A DNA stretch of 20,000 bases from an uncultured virus (IMG/VR IMGVR_UViG_3300033388_003316) (Duplodnaviria; Heunggongvirae; Uroviricota; Caudoviricetes): the IMG/VR virus record IMGVR_UViG_3300033388_003316; one strand, 5' to 3'. This document shows positions 8,845 through 16,716 of this stretch, piece by piece. Under the pieces are notes generated by a model. It saw only the letters and a list, made by a program, of their open reading frames with translations, had not been told where the DNA came from and ran no database searches. Within the stretch, counting starts at the first letter, position 1. Each line of letters starts with the position of its first letter. The position numbers and the translations under genes are program-made.

Positions 8845-9651
8845 ATGGGTAATCAAGATAACATTGTGAATGAAGTCACAACAATACTCACTATCAAAAG
8901 ACAAAGAAATATTTTAATAACCATATTACTACTATTATTTATAGGTGGTGGTTTTATACTTAATAGAATGTCATCATTAAGTACACAACTAACGGTATCA
9001 GAACAAAATAAAAAAGCTTTGTCTGATTCACTTAGGTTATCAAAAAATAAAATTAAAGACTTAGTTTATTCCAAAAACGTATTAATAGCTGAAAAAGGTA
9101 ACTTAGAAAAACTTAATGCTGATTTAGCTTATGAGGTAAAAAAGGAAAAAGGTAAAGTTAGGGAATTAACCAAAATTGTCGGACTAGTTAAATTAGATAC
9201 AATTTACATCACAAATACACTCATAAAATACTCGGATGGTACCAAAGGTTTATCTTGGAGTTATGATACAATATACAACATTAACAATGAAAGACATATC
9301 AGTGGTATTAGTAGGTTTAATATAACAAATAATGGGGTTATTAACCCACTTGAGACTAAAATAACTAGTGATAAGTTTAAATTTAATATTGTTACTGGTT
9401 TAGTAGAAAGGGATGGTAATGTTGAAATCTTTGTTAGGTCAGATTTCCCTAATTTTAGTGTATCTAAATTAGATGGGGCGATAATTGACCCGAACAAACA
9501 CCCAGTAATTAAAAAATTCACCAAACCAAAGAAATGGGGGGTTGGACCATATGTTGGGGTAGGCTTTGGTGTGAATACTTGGCCTAAAAGTAACATAGGG
9601 TTTGGGTTTCAATTTGGCATTGGGGTCACATATTCATTATTAAAATTTTAA
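8845..9651 (+). CDS. Membrane-anchored coiled-coil protein with C-terminal Gly/aromatic beta-hairpin ending in Phe (spanin-like candidate)
   Basis: N-terminal TM (NILITILLLLFIGGGFIL), coiled coil ~aa42-112, C-terminus KKWGVGPYVGVGFG...GFGFQFGIGVTYSLLKF. The ORF is secure; the function is inferred. Confidence 0.55.
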   Translation: MGNQDNIVNEVTTILTIKRQRNILITILLLLFIGGGFILNRMSSLSTQLTVSEQNKKALSDSLRLSKNKIKDLVYSKNVLIAEKGNLEKLNADLAYEVKKEKGKVRELTKIVGLVKLDTIYITNTLIKYSDGTKGLSWSYDTIYNINNERHISGISRFNITNNGVINPLETKITSDKFKFNIVTGLVERDGNVEIFVRSDFPNFSVSKLDGAIIDPNKHPVIKKFTKPKKWGVGPYVGVGFGVNTWPKSNIGFGFQFGIGVTYSLLKF

Positions 9652-9653
9652 AA

Positions 9654-9712
9654 AAACTGAGTTTAGGGTAATATAATTCACGCACCGAAATATAATAACT
9701 TAAACTCAGTTT
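9654..9712. repeat. 26-bp imperfect inverted repeat (long hairpin, 7-nt loop)
   Basis: Arm 9654-9679 AAACTGAGTTTAGGGTAATATAATTC pairs with arm 9687-9712 GAAATATAATAACTTAAACTCAGTTT. Outer 12 bp perfect, one G-U, three mismatches; loop ACGCACC. Confidence 0.85.
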
Positions 9713-9761
9713 AAATTAAAATAGTGGTTTTAACCAAAAAACTTAAAAAAATATTATAATT

Positions 9762-9788
9762 AAAACCCACAACTAAGTGGTTTTTTTT
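9762..9788 (+). terminator. Probable intrinsic terminator
   Basis: AAAAC-CCAC-aactaa-GTGG followed by T8. The stem is short. Confidence 0.55.
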
Positions 9789-9820
9789 GTTTATATCAAA
9801 TATTTATTAAAAAAAGTAAG

Positions 9821-10075
9821 ATGAAAAAGTTCATTAGGAAAAGACTAAATGAAGAGTTAACTAAATCTGATGTAAAAGATGAGGTATCAAATATGTTAAA
9901 ATCAGATACATTAAAAAATAAAGTTATTGAAATTCTAAAGGATAAAATTAAGAACGACCCAGAATTGGAAAATTTTATGGTTGATATTAGTAAAAATGTT
10001 CTTACACAATTATATAAAACATTATGGACAAAAAGAGGTTTCTGGCAGTCTAGTTTAAAAAACAAAAGAGCGTAA
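9821..10075 (+). CDS. Hypothetical protein (possible head-associated protein)
   Basis: 84 aa with N-terminal MKKFIRKRLNEE leader; ATATTTAT upstream at 9800-9807; TAATG overlap with the next gene. Confidence 0.7.
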   Translation: MKKFIRKRLNEELTKSDVKDEVSNMLKSDTLKNKVIEILKDKIKNDPELENFMVDISKNVLTQLYKTLWTKRGFWQSSLKNKRA

Positions 10076-11907
10076 TGGGAAAAATTAAATTAACTGAATC
10101 ACAAATCACGATGTTACAATCGTTTGAATCAAAACTTTCAAGTAAGAAAGTGATTAAAGTAACAACTGAACAATACAATAGATTATTTGAATCAGACAGT
10201 TCACATGAATTCAACATGCCACCTAAATCAATTATGGCTTCAAGTAAAGTAACTAAAAACTTTAAAAATAGTGGTAAAACAATACCAGATTCTAATATAA
10301 AATTTGAAAACGAAACACACGAACCAAGGGAGGTTGAAGTATTTGGTAGGGAAGTAATTAGATTCCTTAAAAGATTACTAAGTGACCCAACAGACAATAA
10401 AATTAATAGTTATTGGAGAAAATTAGGTGTATCTAAAGAAGAATTAACAAACAAAATGTTTGAACTAGGTATGTTAGGTCATGGGGTTATCAATGATAAA
10501 AAGATTATTAAAATCATGAAAGATAACTTTACGGGGAACATAAAGGAATTATATGATGAATATAGACCTAAAAGTGAAGGTATCGTTCAAATGGGAGATG
10601 ATATTGAAATATCTGAAATGGATAGTAGTGATATCAAACAATCCATGATTAAACAATTAAATAGAAAAAACATACCTAAACCATCTCCAGAATCAATAAA
10701 AGCCAAAATAGCTCAAAAGAGAGCTGAGGAAATGAAAAGAAGGGAAGTTGAGAAGAATAGACAATTAGGTGAGTTATCAAAAATATCTGATGTAGGTGGA
10801 TTAGAAGAAAGTGATTGGTTTGATAAGTTATCACACCACCCAGCAAATCAAGAAACCCCAAACAACGCTAATAGACCTGAGACAATAATTTTTGATTTAT
10901 TATTATCTTTAGGTGAATTCAGTATCTTTGAAAAAGATGGTAAATACTTTACATTTAATGTTGAGGGTACTAGTCACGATGAATTTGCTGACTATGCAGA
11001 CAGGGAAGAAACATTTAACGGATATGATGAAGACGGAACACCAAACGTAGATTATAGCGATTTTGAACTTAATGATGAAGTAATTAGTAACTATGTAAAT
11101 GATAGGTACCAAGACCTTTCGTTCGGTAAAGGTTTTGATGATTACGAGAACGGTATTGATATGGTTGAAATAGACCAAGAAATGATTGATGAAATGTTAT
11201 CTGTAGCAAAATACATCAAGAACCCAAAACTAAAACAAGAATTTTCATCAATATTAACTAACCTTACTGTAAGTGAGGTAACATCAGCTGCTGGTTCATC
11301 TGGCGCATTTGTAGGTAAAATGAGTACTAACCCCACAGTAGTTGGAGTTAACCCGTCAGATGAGATGAAAAACATTGTTGGTGAGGCTGATGAAAAGCAC
11401 GAAGAATTAAATAAAAAAATTAGTGAATTAAAGTATCAAAATTTTCAACACCCATCATTAGGTGTATTTTTTTTAGGTAAAGTAAATAACAAACACGAAG
11501 ATAAAAATAAAATCGATATCACTATTGGGTTAATGAGAGACGGTGAAAATTTGGACAGCGAATTAATTTATACGTATAATAAAAAAACTGATAAAGATGA
11601 ATTAATATTTAATCATGATTCAGAAATATTTCGTAGTGCTTATGTTATGTTTGATGAGTTATATAAATTAGTATTTGATTCTATTAAAGATGCATTAAGG
11701 CCAACTGCTGATGTTCAAGAACAAGGTATTAATCATGTCTCAACATATGATACCCCTAGCTTCCCATCATCAGATTTTATGGGTAATAAAAACAAGAAAG
11801 GTAAAGCACCTGTTAATAAAGGGGTCACACATAAAAAAACTATGTACCCAAAAGGTAAAATGGTTAAAGTAAGTGAAACTAAAATTATTTTAGTAAAAAA
11901 AAAATAA
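10075..11907 (+). CDS. Large acidic/charged hypothetical protein (probable virion head-internal protein); 0-frame product ends in KKK at an A10 run
   Basis: 610-aa ORF. N-terminal KIKLTESQ and KVIKVTTEQYNRLFE motifs and many [ILV]-x-E sites. The structural role is inferred. Confidence 0.75.
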   Translation: MGKIKLTESQITMLQSFESKLSSKKVIKVTTEQYNRLFESDSSHEFNMPPKSIMASSKVTKNFKNSGKTIPDSNIKFENETHEPREVEVFGREVIRFLKRLLSDPTDNKINSYWRKLGVSKEELTNKMFELGMLGHGVINDKKIIKIMKDNFTGNIKELYDEYRPKSEGIVQMGDDIEISEMDSSDIKQSMIKQLNRKNIPKPSPESIKAKIAQKRAEEMKRREVEKNRQLGELSKISDVGGLEESDWFDKLSHHPANQETPNNANRPETIIFDLLLSLGEFSIFEKDGKYFTFNVEGTSHDEFADYADREETFNGYDEDGTPNVDYSDFELNDEVISNYVNDRYQDLSFGKGFDDYENGIDMVEIDQEMIDEMLSVAKYIKNPKLKQEFSSILTNLTVSEVTSAAGSSGAFVGKMSTNPTVVGVNPSDEMKNIVGEADEKHEELNKKISELKYQNFQHPSLGVFFLGKVNNKHEDKNKIDITIGLMRDGENLDSELIYTYNKKTDKDELIFNHDSEIFRSAYVMFDELYKLVFDSIKDALRPTADVQEQGINHVSTYDTPSFPSSDFMGNKNKKGKAPVNKGVTHKKTMYPKGKMVKVSETKIILVKKK

Positions 11908-12161
11908 CTGAAAATAGTAACCAAAGTGATACTCAGTACCCAGAAGGTAGTTTTGTTAAGTTTGATGATTGCACAAAATTAAATAATAATAAAGAAGCCC
12001 AAAACGGTGGTTGTAGTACTGGAGCTAAAGACGGTGTGGTAAAAACAAAACAAACAATAGGTTCAGTTATTTCTGATGATGCTTTATATTATGAGATAGC
12101 CAAAAAAACTGGTTTAACAATGACTGAAGTCAAAAAGATAATAGAAAGAAAAAAAGGGTGA
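11904..12161 (+). CDS. -1 frame continuation of the 10075 gene (85 aa, no own start codon)
   Basis: Reads ITENSNQSDTQYPEGSFVKFDDCTKLNNNKEAQNGGCSTGAKDGVVKTKQTIGSVISDDALYYEIAKKTGLTMTEVKKIIERKKG*. Frame opens at 11883 (after TAA 11880-11882); the only ATG is near its end (12120). Fills an otherwise empty gap. Confidence 0.7.
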   Translation: MTENSNQSDTQYPEGSFVKFDDCTKLNNNKEAQNGGCSTGAKDGVVKTKQTIGSVISDDALYYEIAKKTGLTMTEVKKIIERKKG

Positions 12162-12192
12162 TTTTACTCTTAAATGATATATTTATAATATA

Positions 12193-12345
12193 ATGTCTAA
12201 ACATAATAAGATTGAAGAATTAAAAGCTCAATTAAAAGCTGAATTAGAAAAACCAACACCAAATAAAGATTTAATTGGTAAACTAAGAAGGCGAATTGTA
12301 ATGTTTGGGTTAGGATTAACTGGGAGAGATATAAAACTATTTTAA
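12193..12345 (+). CDS. Small hypothetical protein (50 aa)
   Basis: MSKHNKIEELKAQLKAELEKPTPNKDLIGKLRRRIVMFGLGLTGRDIKLF*. Preceded by ATATTTATA (12179-12187); stop lies 1 nt before the next ATG. Below the ORF-track cutoff. Confidence 0.65.
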   Translation: MSKHNKIEELKAQLKAELEKPTPNKDLIGKLRRRIVMFGLGLTGRDIKLF

Positions 12346-12346
12346 T

Positions 12347-13585
12347 ATGTATAAAAATTTAATAAACAAACATTTGTCTAATAGACATATAAATGAAGAA
12401 GCCAAACACAATGGTCTTGCTACAACTGAAAAAGTTCAAAAACAAGATGATAAAGTAAATAAGGCTGCCTACAAAGAAGTTGAAAAGAAAATGAAGGATT
12501 ATGATAAAGCATCAACCCAAGAAGATGATAACTCAATAGATGAACCTAAAACTAACATTGAAGGTAAAACTAAAGAATATCATGATGAGATGGAAATCAG
12601 AAATGGTCAAGAAATGTTAAAATATGATAATGAACCTTCCGAAAACTTCACAAAAAGAGCTGAAATGGCTTTAGCTGGTGACCCTAAAATGGGTAACGAA
12701 ACTAAAGAAGGTAAGTGGGACCCAGAAACGGGTGAAGGTAACGGAAATACTGAGGAAGTTTGGGGCTCATCTGGTGGGAAAAACACTGGTGAAGAAATCA
12801 TAAAACTTGCAAAGTCTTCAAATAAGAAAAGAAATGATGCTGAATACAACTTAATTCAGTTTGGTGATGATATTGAACAATCTGGTGAATCAAAAACTAG
12901 AGGTAAAGCTAGAGGTATTGCAGTTGAAAGTAAAATAAATAATAAAAAGTCTTTAAAAGAAAATAAAATGAAAAGATTGAAATTTAAAAAACCATTTGAT
13001 GGTGTTGGGAACGCATTAAGGTTAATTCCAGAAACATATAAAGTTGATAATAAAACATTTCAAATGACTGATGGTAATGAAAATTACGAAATCAGATGGG
13101 AAGGGTCATTAAACGAAGGTAAAGCTGTTGTACTAAAAGCGTCAGATAAAAATATGGTAAATGAGGATGTCCAAAAAATGAAACACCTTATGGGTTATAA
13201 ATCTCAAGACACATTAGGTACTCTTAAAGGTTCTGACAGAATAACTGAGAATAAGGATAATTCATTTAGAAATATGCTTAATAAAACTAGAGGACTTATG
13301 ACAGAATCTATGGAAGAAACAGAATTATCACCAAAACAAAGTAAAGTAATGGATAAAGATAATGATGGTGATATAGACGCTAAAGACCTTAAAAAACTTA
13401 GAAACGAATCAACACCAAAAGACGATAAAAAAGACGACCATGTTACGGAATCTGACAGCGATACCCCAGATATGAGTGAAATTAAAAAATGTGTTTCTGA
13501 AGGCATGACATATGAGCAAATTTGTGAAAAATATTCAAACTGTGATAAGTCAAAACTTAAAGAGATGTATGAATCTTGTAAATAA
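12347..13585 (+). CDS. Highly charged hypothetical protein with EF-hand-like loop (probable prohead core/internal head protein)
   Basis: 412 aa, K/E/D-rich, repeated INEE/LKE/LNE/VNE/ITE/VTE/VSE sites, and DKDNDGDIDAKD at 13352-13387. Confidence 0.75.
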   Translation: MYKNLINKHLSNRHINEEAKHNGLATTEKVQKQDDKVNKAAYKEVEKKMKDYDKASTQEDDNSIDEPKTNIEGKTKEYHDEMEIRNGQEMLKYDNEPSENFTKRAEMALAGDPKMGNETKEGKWDPETGEGNGNTEEVWGSSGGKNTGEEIIKLAKSSNKKRNDAEYNLIQFGDDIEQSGESKTRGKARGIAVESKINNKKSLKENKMKRLKFKKPFDGVGNALRLIPETYKVDNKTFQMTDGNENYEIRWEGSLNEGKAVVLKASDKNMVNEDVQKMKHLMGYKSQDTLGTLKGSDRITENKDNSFRNMLNKTRGLMTESMEETELSPKQSKVMDKDNDGDIDAKDLKKLRNESTPKDDKKDDHVTESDSDTPDMSEIKKCVSEGMTYEQICEKYSNCDKSKLKEMYESCK

Positions 13586-13611
13586 ATTACATTTTAATTT
13601 ATTAAATTAAT

Positions 13612-13639
13612 AAAAAACAACCAATGGTTGTTTTTTTTT
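13612..13639 (+). terminator. Intrinsic terminator (potentially bidirectional)
   Basis: AAAAAA-CAACC-aat-GGTTG-T9. Confidence 0.75.
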
Positions 13640-13683
13640 ATTTAATCTAAAATAATATACAAACATTAAATCATTAAAAAAAA

Positions 13684-14661
13684 ATGTTATTAAAAAGAGG
13701 AAGTAAAAATAAAAAGGCTGTTATGGAATTACAGTTATCTTTAAAAGAAAAGGGCTTTTACGATGGTAGAATAGATGGTGATTTTGGCCCCAACACAGAA
13801 AAAGCAGTTAAGAGTTTTCAAAAAACAAAGAGAATTACCCAAGACGGAATAGTTGGTAACACCACTTATAAATATTTAGTTGATATGGACACCGATAGGG
13901 GTGGTAAAGATAGTGACGTACCAGTAAACGATACAGATAATAAATTAAGTAAACTTGGTCATTATATAACCACTAGCGGATTAAAAATTGATAAAGTTTA
14001 TATGGATACTGATGAGTACGTTAGGGATTACGGTAAGATTGAGCCTAAAAATTTATTTATACACCATACTGCTGGTTGGGACAACCCATATAGTGTGATT
14101 GATTCATGGAATAGAGACAAAAGAGGACGTGTTGGGACACAATACACAATCGGTGGGCAATCTGTTAAAGGGGGTAATGATTACGATGGTATTGTTGTAG
14201 AATCATTCCCAAACAATTATTTAGCATGGCATTTAGGTAAGGTTGGTAATTTCAATGCATCCAAGTACTCAGTTGGTATTGAGTTAAACAATTTTGGTTA
14301 TGTTGATAAAAAAGGTGATAAATTTTATACCTATGTTAACACTGAAGTAAAGTCAGACCAAGTGTGTGATTTAGGATATAAGTTTAGGGGGAAACAATAT
14401 TGGCACAAGTATTCGGATGCACAAATAAAATCACTTAGAAAATTAATTTTACACATCCAAGAAATATACCCAAAAATAGATATCACTAAAGGCTTAATAA
14501 GTGAATTAAAGACAAAAACACCAGCTGAAGCGTTTGAGTTTAATAATAATGCTTATAATGGTAAAATATATGGTATGTGGACACATACAAACGTTAGGAA
14601 AGATAAATTTGATTGTTATCCAGACCCAAGACTAATAGAAATGTTAAAATCTTTAGAATAA
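13684..14661 (+). CDS. Endolysin-like: PG_binding_1 domain + Zn-dependent N-acetylmuramoyl-L-alanine amidase (Amidase_2)
   Basis: N-terminal LKRGS...VMELQ...IDGDFGPNTEKAVKSFQ...DGIVG; catalytic motifs FIHHTAG, AWHLG, SVGIELNN, YSDAQIKSL, THTNVRKDKFDCYP. Confidence 0.9.
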   Translation: MLLKRGSKNKKAVMELQLSLKEKGFYDGRIDGDFGPNTEKAVKSFQKTKRITQDGIVGNTTYKYLVDMDTDRGGKDSDVPVNDTDNKLSKLGHYITTSGLKIDKVYMDTDEYVRDYGKIEPKNLFIHHTAGWDNPYSVIDSWNRDKRGRVGTQYTIGGQSVKGGNDYDGIVVESFPNNYLAWHLGKVGNFNASKYSVGIELNNFGYVDKKGDKFYTYVNTEVKSDQVCDLGYKFRGKQYWHKYSDAQIKSLRKLILHIQEIYPKIDITKGLISELKTKTPAEAFEFNNNAYNGKIYGMWTHTNVRKDKFDCYPDPRLIEMLKSLE

Positions 14662-14696
14662 TATTTAATTACCCTAAATATTTTATATATTAATGT

Positions 14697-15188
14697 ATGA
14701 GTAAATTTGAAAATAAAAAAAAATTTTTAAACTATATTACTAATCCATTATCTAGAACTAGTATTGAACTATTATATAGTTCAAACCACATTATTTTTGA
14801 AAAATGTGACTTATATCGTGATTTCGTCTTGTCATTATTTGACATAATATTCACAACATACATGGGTGATAAAGTAACTAAAGAAAATGATAGAATAACC
14901 CACTTCAAATGGTGTTGGGGTCGAACTATAAAAAACTTTGAGATAGAAAATATATATTTTGGCCACAATCAAGAATTATATGATTATTTCTTAAATTTTA
15001 TGGTAGAAATTTTTTATTCTGTAGATAACGAATCACCATATAACAATATTAATAATAATATGGTAAAATTATGGACTCACACCTTTAATTATGAGACAAT
15101 AAAGACTCGTTCTGATGTGGACATATTCATTGAGGTGTATAAAATGTTTGATAAATCATTGAAAAAGGGTAAAAAACTTAATTTTTAG
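14697..15188 (+). CDS. Hypothetical protein
   Basis: 163-aa aromatic-rich ORF; no recognisable motif. Confidence 0.7.
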   Translation: MSKFENKKKFLNYITNPLSRTSIELLYSSNHIIFEKCDLYRDFVLSLFDIIFTTYMGDKVTKENDRITHFKWCWGRTIKNFEIENIYFGHNQELYDYFLNFMVEIFYSVDNESPYNNINNNMVKLWTHTFNYETIKTRSDVDIFIEVYKMFDKSLKKGKKLNF

Positions 15189-15227
15189 TATTTATTTTTT
15201 AAAATACTTTAGTATAATTGTTTTACT

Positions 15228-15440
15228 ATGGGAGTACCAGTGATATTTAATACGGTTCTAGCGGACTTAATGAATGACCGACTTCAACTCGAACAAGAGT
15301 TGGAAAGGGCTTTTAATTTAAATATTGAAGTACCACATAAAGTAAATAAAATAAAAGTCGCCTTGGAAAACATCACCAAGAACGATTTAATGGTAAGTAA
15401 ATTACAAAGTTACATACCAATAACAAATGATGAAAAATAG
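15228..15440 (+). CDS. Hypothetical protein (short helical)
   Basis: 70-aa ORF packed with its neighbours. Confidence 0.65.
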   Translation: MGVPVIFNTVLADLMNDRLQLEQELERAFNLNIEVPHKVNKIKVALENITKNDLMVSKLQSYIPITNDEK

Positions 15441-15446
15441 AACAAA

Positions 15447-15620
15447 ATGGAAAAGTTTAATGAATTAAAAGCATTGATTAGCTCAATTGAAGAAGATACA
15501 AGTAAGTTTTTTGATAAAGGGACAAAAGCTGCGGGTGTAAGAGTTAGAAAAGGACTACAAGAAATAAAAAAAGTGGCTCAAGAAATGAGAATTGAAATCT
15601 CCGAGCAAAACAAAAAATAA
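15447..15620 (+). CDS. Histone H1-like nucleoid protein (Hc1 family, Bacteroidota type)
   Basis: 57 aa, absent from the ORF track: MEKFNELKALISSIEEDTSKFFDKGTKAAGVRVRKGLQEIKKVAQEMRIEISEQNKK*. Matches the KG(N/T)KAAGxRxRK signature. Confidence 0.85.
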   Translation: MEKFNELKALISSIEEDTSKFFDKGTKAAGVRVRKGLQEIKKVAQEMRIEISEQNKK

Positions 15621-15832
15621 TGGTTTTTGAAATAATTAATAAAATATTAGTGATGTTATTTGTATTATCATGTCTGAATGTATTCAGACATACTTATTAT
15701 TTTATACAAGCTTGGGTTAAGTCTAACGATAAAACCCCAACTAAATATAGAATTGGTGCAACATCACTAATATTTTTAGGGTTATCATTATCCTACATCA
15801 TTACCAGTATTACAGTTGGTATAACAATATAA
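15620..15832 (+). CDS. Small two-TM membrane protein
   Basis: Hydrophobic segments ILVMLFVLSCLNVF and SLIFLGLSLSYIITSITVGITI; TAATG overlap with the Hc1 gene. Confidence 0.65.
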   Translation: MVFEIINKILVMLFVLSCLNVFRHTYYFIQAWVKSNDKTPTKYRIGATSLIFLGLSLSYIITSITVGITI

Positions 15833-15847
15833 AAAAATAATTTTACA

Positions 15848-16030
15848 ATGAATCCAGAAGAAGCATTACAAATATTAAGAAATGTAGCAAACTTTGCTGT
15901 CACCAAAGGAGGTATTTACAATAACGTAAATGAAGTAGCCACAGTTAGTCATGCATTAAAAGTATTAAATATGACAATTGAGTCAAAAACAAGTGAAGTA
16001 GGTCAAACTAGTGAAAATAAAGAACGATAA
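15848..16030 (+). CDS. Hypothetical protein
   Basis: 60-aa ORF in the gene run. Confidence 0.6.
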   Translation: MNPEEALQILRNVANFAVTKGGIYNNVNEVATVSHALKVLNMTIESKTSEVGQTSENKER

Positions 16031-16038
16031 TTTTTAAT

Positions 16039-16686
16039 ATGAATATTGAAAAACGAATAAAAGCACTACAACCATACGTAATCCAGATTAGGTTTTCAAA
16101 TGGTGTTGGTATTGTTGATGTAGTATTTAAAGACGGCTGGAAAGTACCTGTATCAAAAGTTATTGATGCAGTTAAGGGTGATGATAAAAATGTTAATTAT
16201 TATATGTTCTATACTGAAAAAGATGGTTTAGGTATAGATGATGTGTTAGATTATATAGAACAAGTCATTAACATAAATATTGAGAGAGAGAAAAAGTATG
16301 AATTATTAAAAGTAAAAACTGAGGAATTAAAAGATATATTCAGAAAAAACCCATTATCAAAACTTCAAGATATGAAGTTCATATTAGGTGATGATGAATT
16401 AATATCAAACAACATACCAGAAGACTTTGATAGTATACCTATTATTAATACTAACACCACAATCAATAGTGAAGATAAATTAATTGATAAAGTTGAGGAA
16501 AAAAAACTAAGTACTAATGGTGAAACCCATAAAACCAAGACCAAAAAAGTTGGGGACCAAGAAATTGAGTTACCACCTAAAAACAAAAAAATTCACTTAG
16601 AAAATTACTCAGAACCAAATACGGTATGTAAGTGCAATAAAGACGATGTTTGTCCAACATGTATAAATAAAAAAATGGATTATTAA
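16039..16686 (+). CDS. Hypothetical protein with C-terminal Cys cluster
   Basis: 215 aa, ending CKCNKDDVCPTC (possible Zn site) after a low-complexity linker. Confidence 0.7.
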   Translation: MNIEKRIKALQPYVIQIRFSNGVGIVDVVFKDGWKVPVSKVIDAVKGDDKNVNYYMFYTEKDGLGIDDVLDYIEQVININIEREKKYELLKVKTEELKDIFRKNPLSKLQDMKFILGDDELISNNIPEDFDSIPIINTNTTINSEDKLIDKVEEKKLSTNGETHKTKTKKVGDQEIELPPKNKKIHLENYSEPNTVCKCNKDDVCPTCINKKMDY

Positions 16687-16716
16687 AAAAAAAAACACCT
16701 ATTGGTGTTTTTTTTT
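16687..16716. terminator. Bidirectional intrinsic terminator between convergent genes
   Basis: A-run, CACC-tatt-GGTG, T9; lies between the stops at 16686 (+) and 16715 (-). Confidence 0.8.

Noticed and set aside
9652..9790. tRNA gene
   Set aside because: No cloverleaf, T-loop GTTCRA or acceptor stem; only a long AT-rich hairpin.
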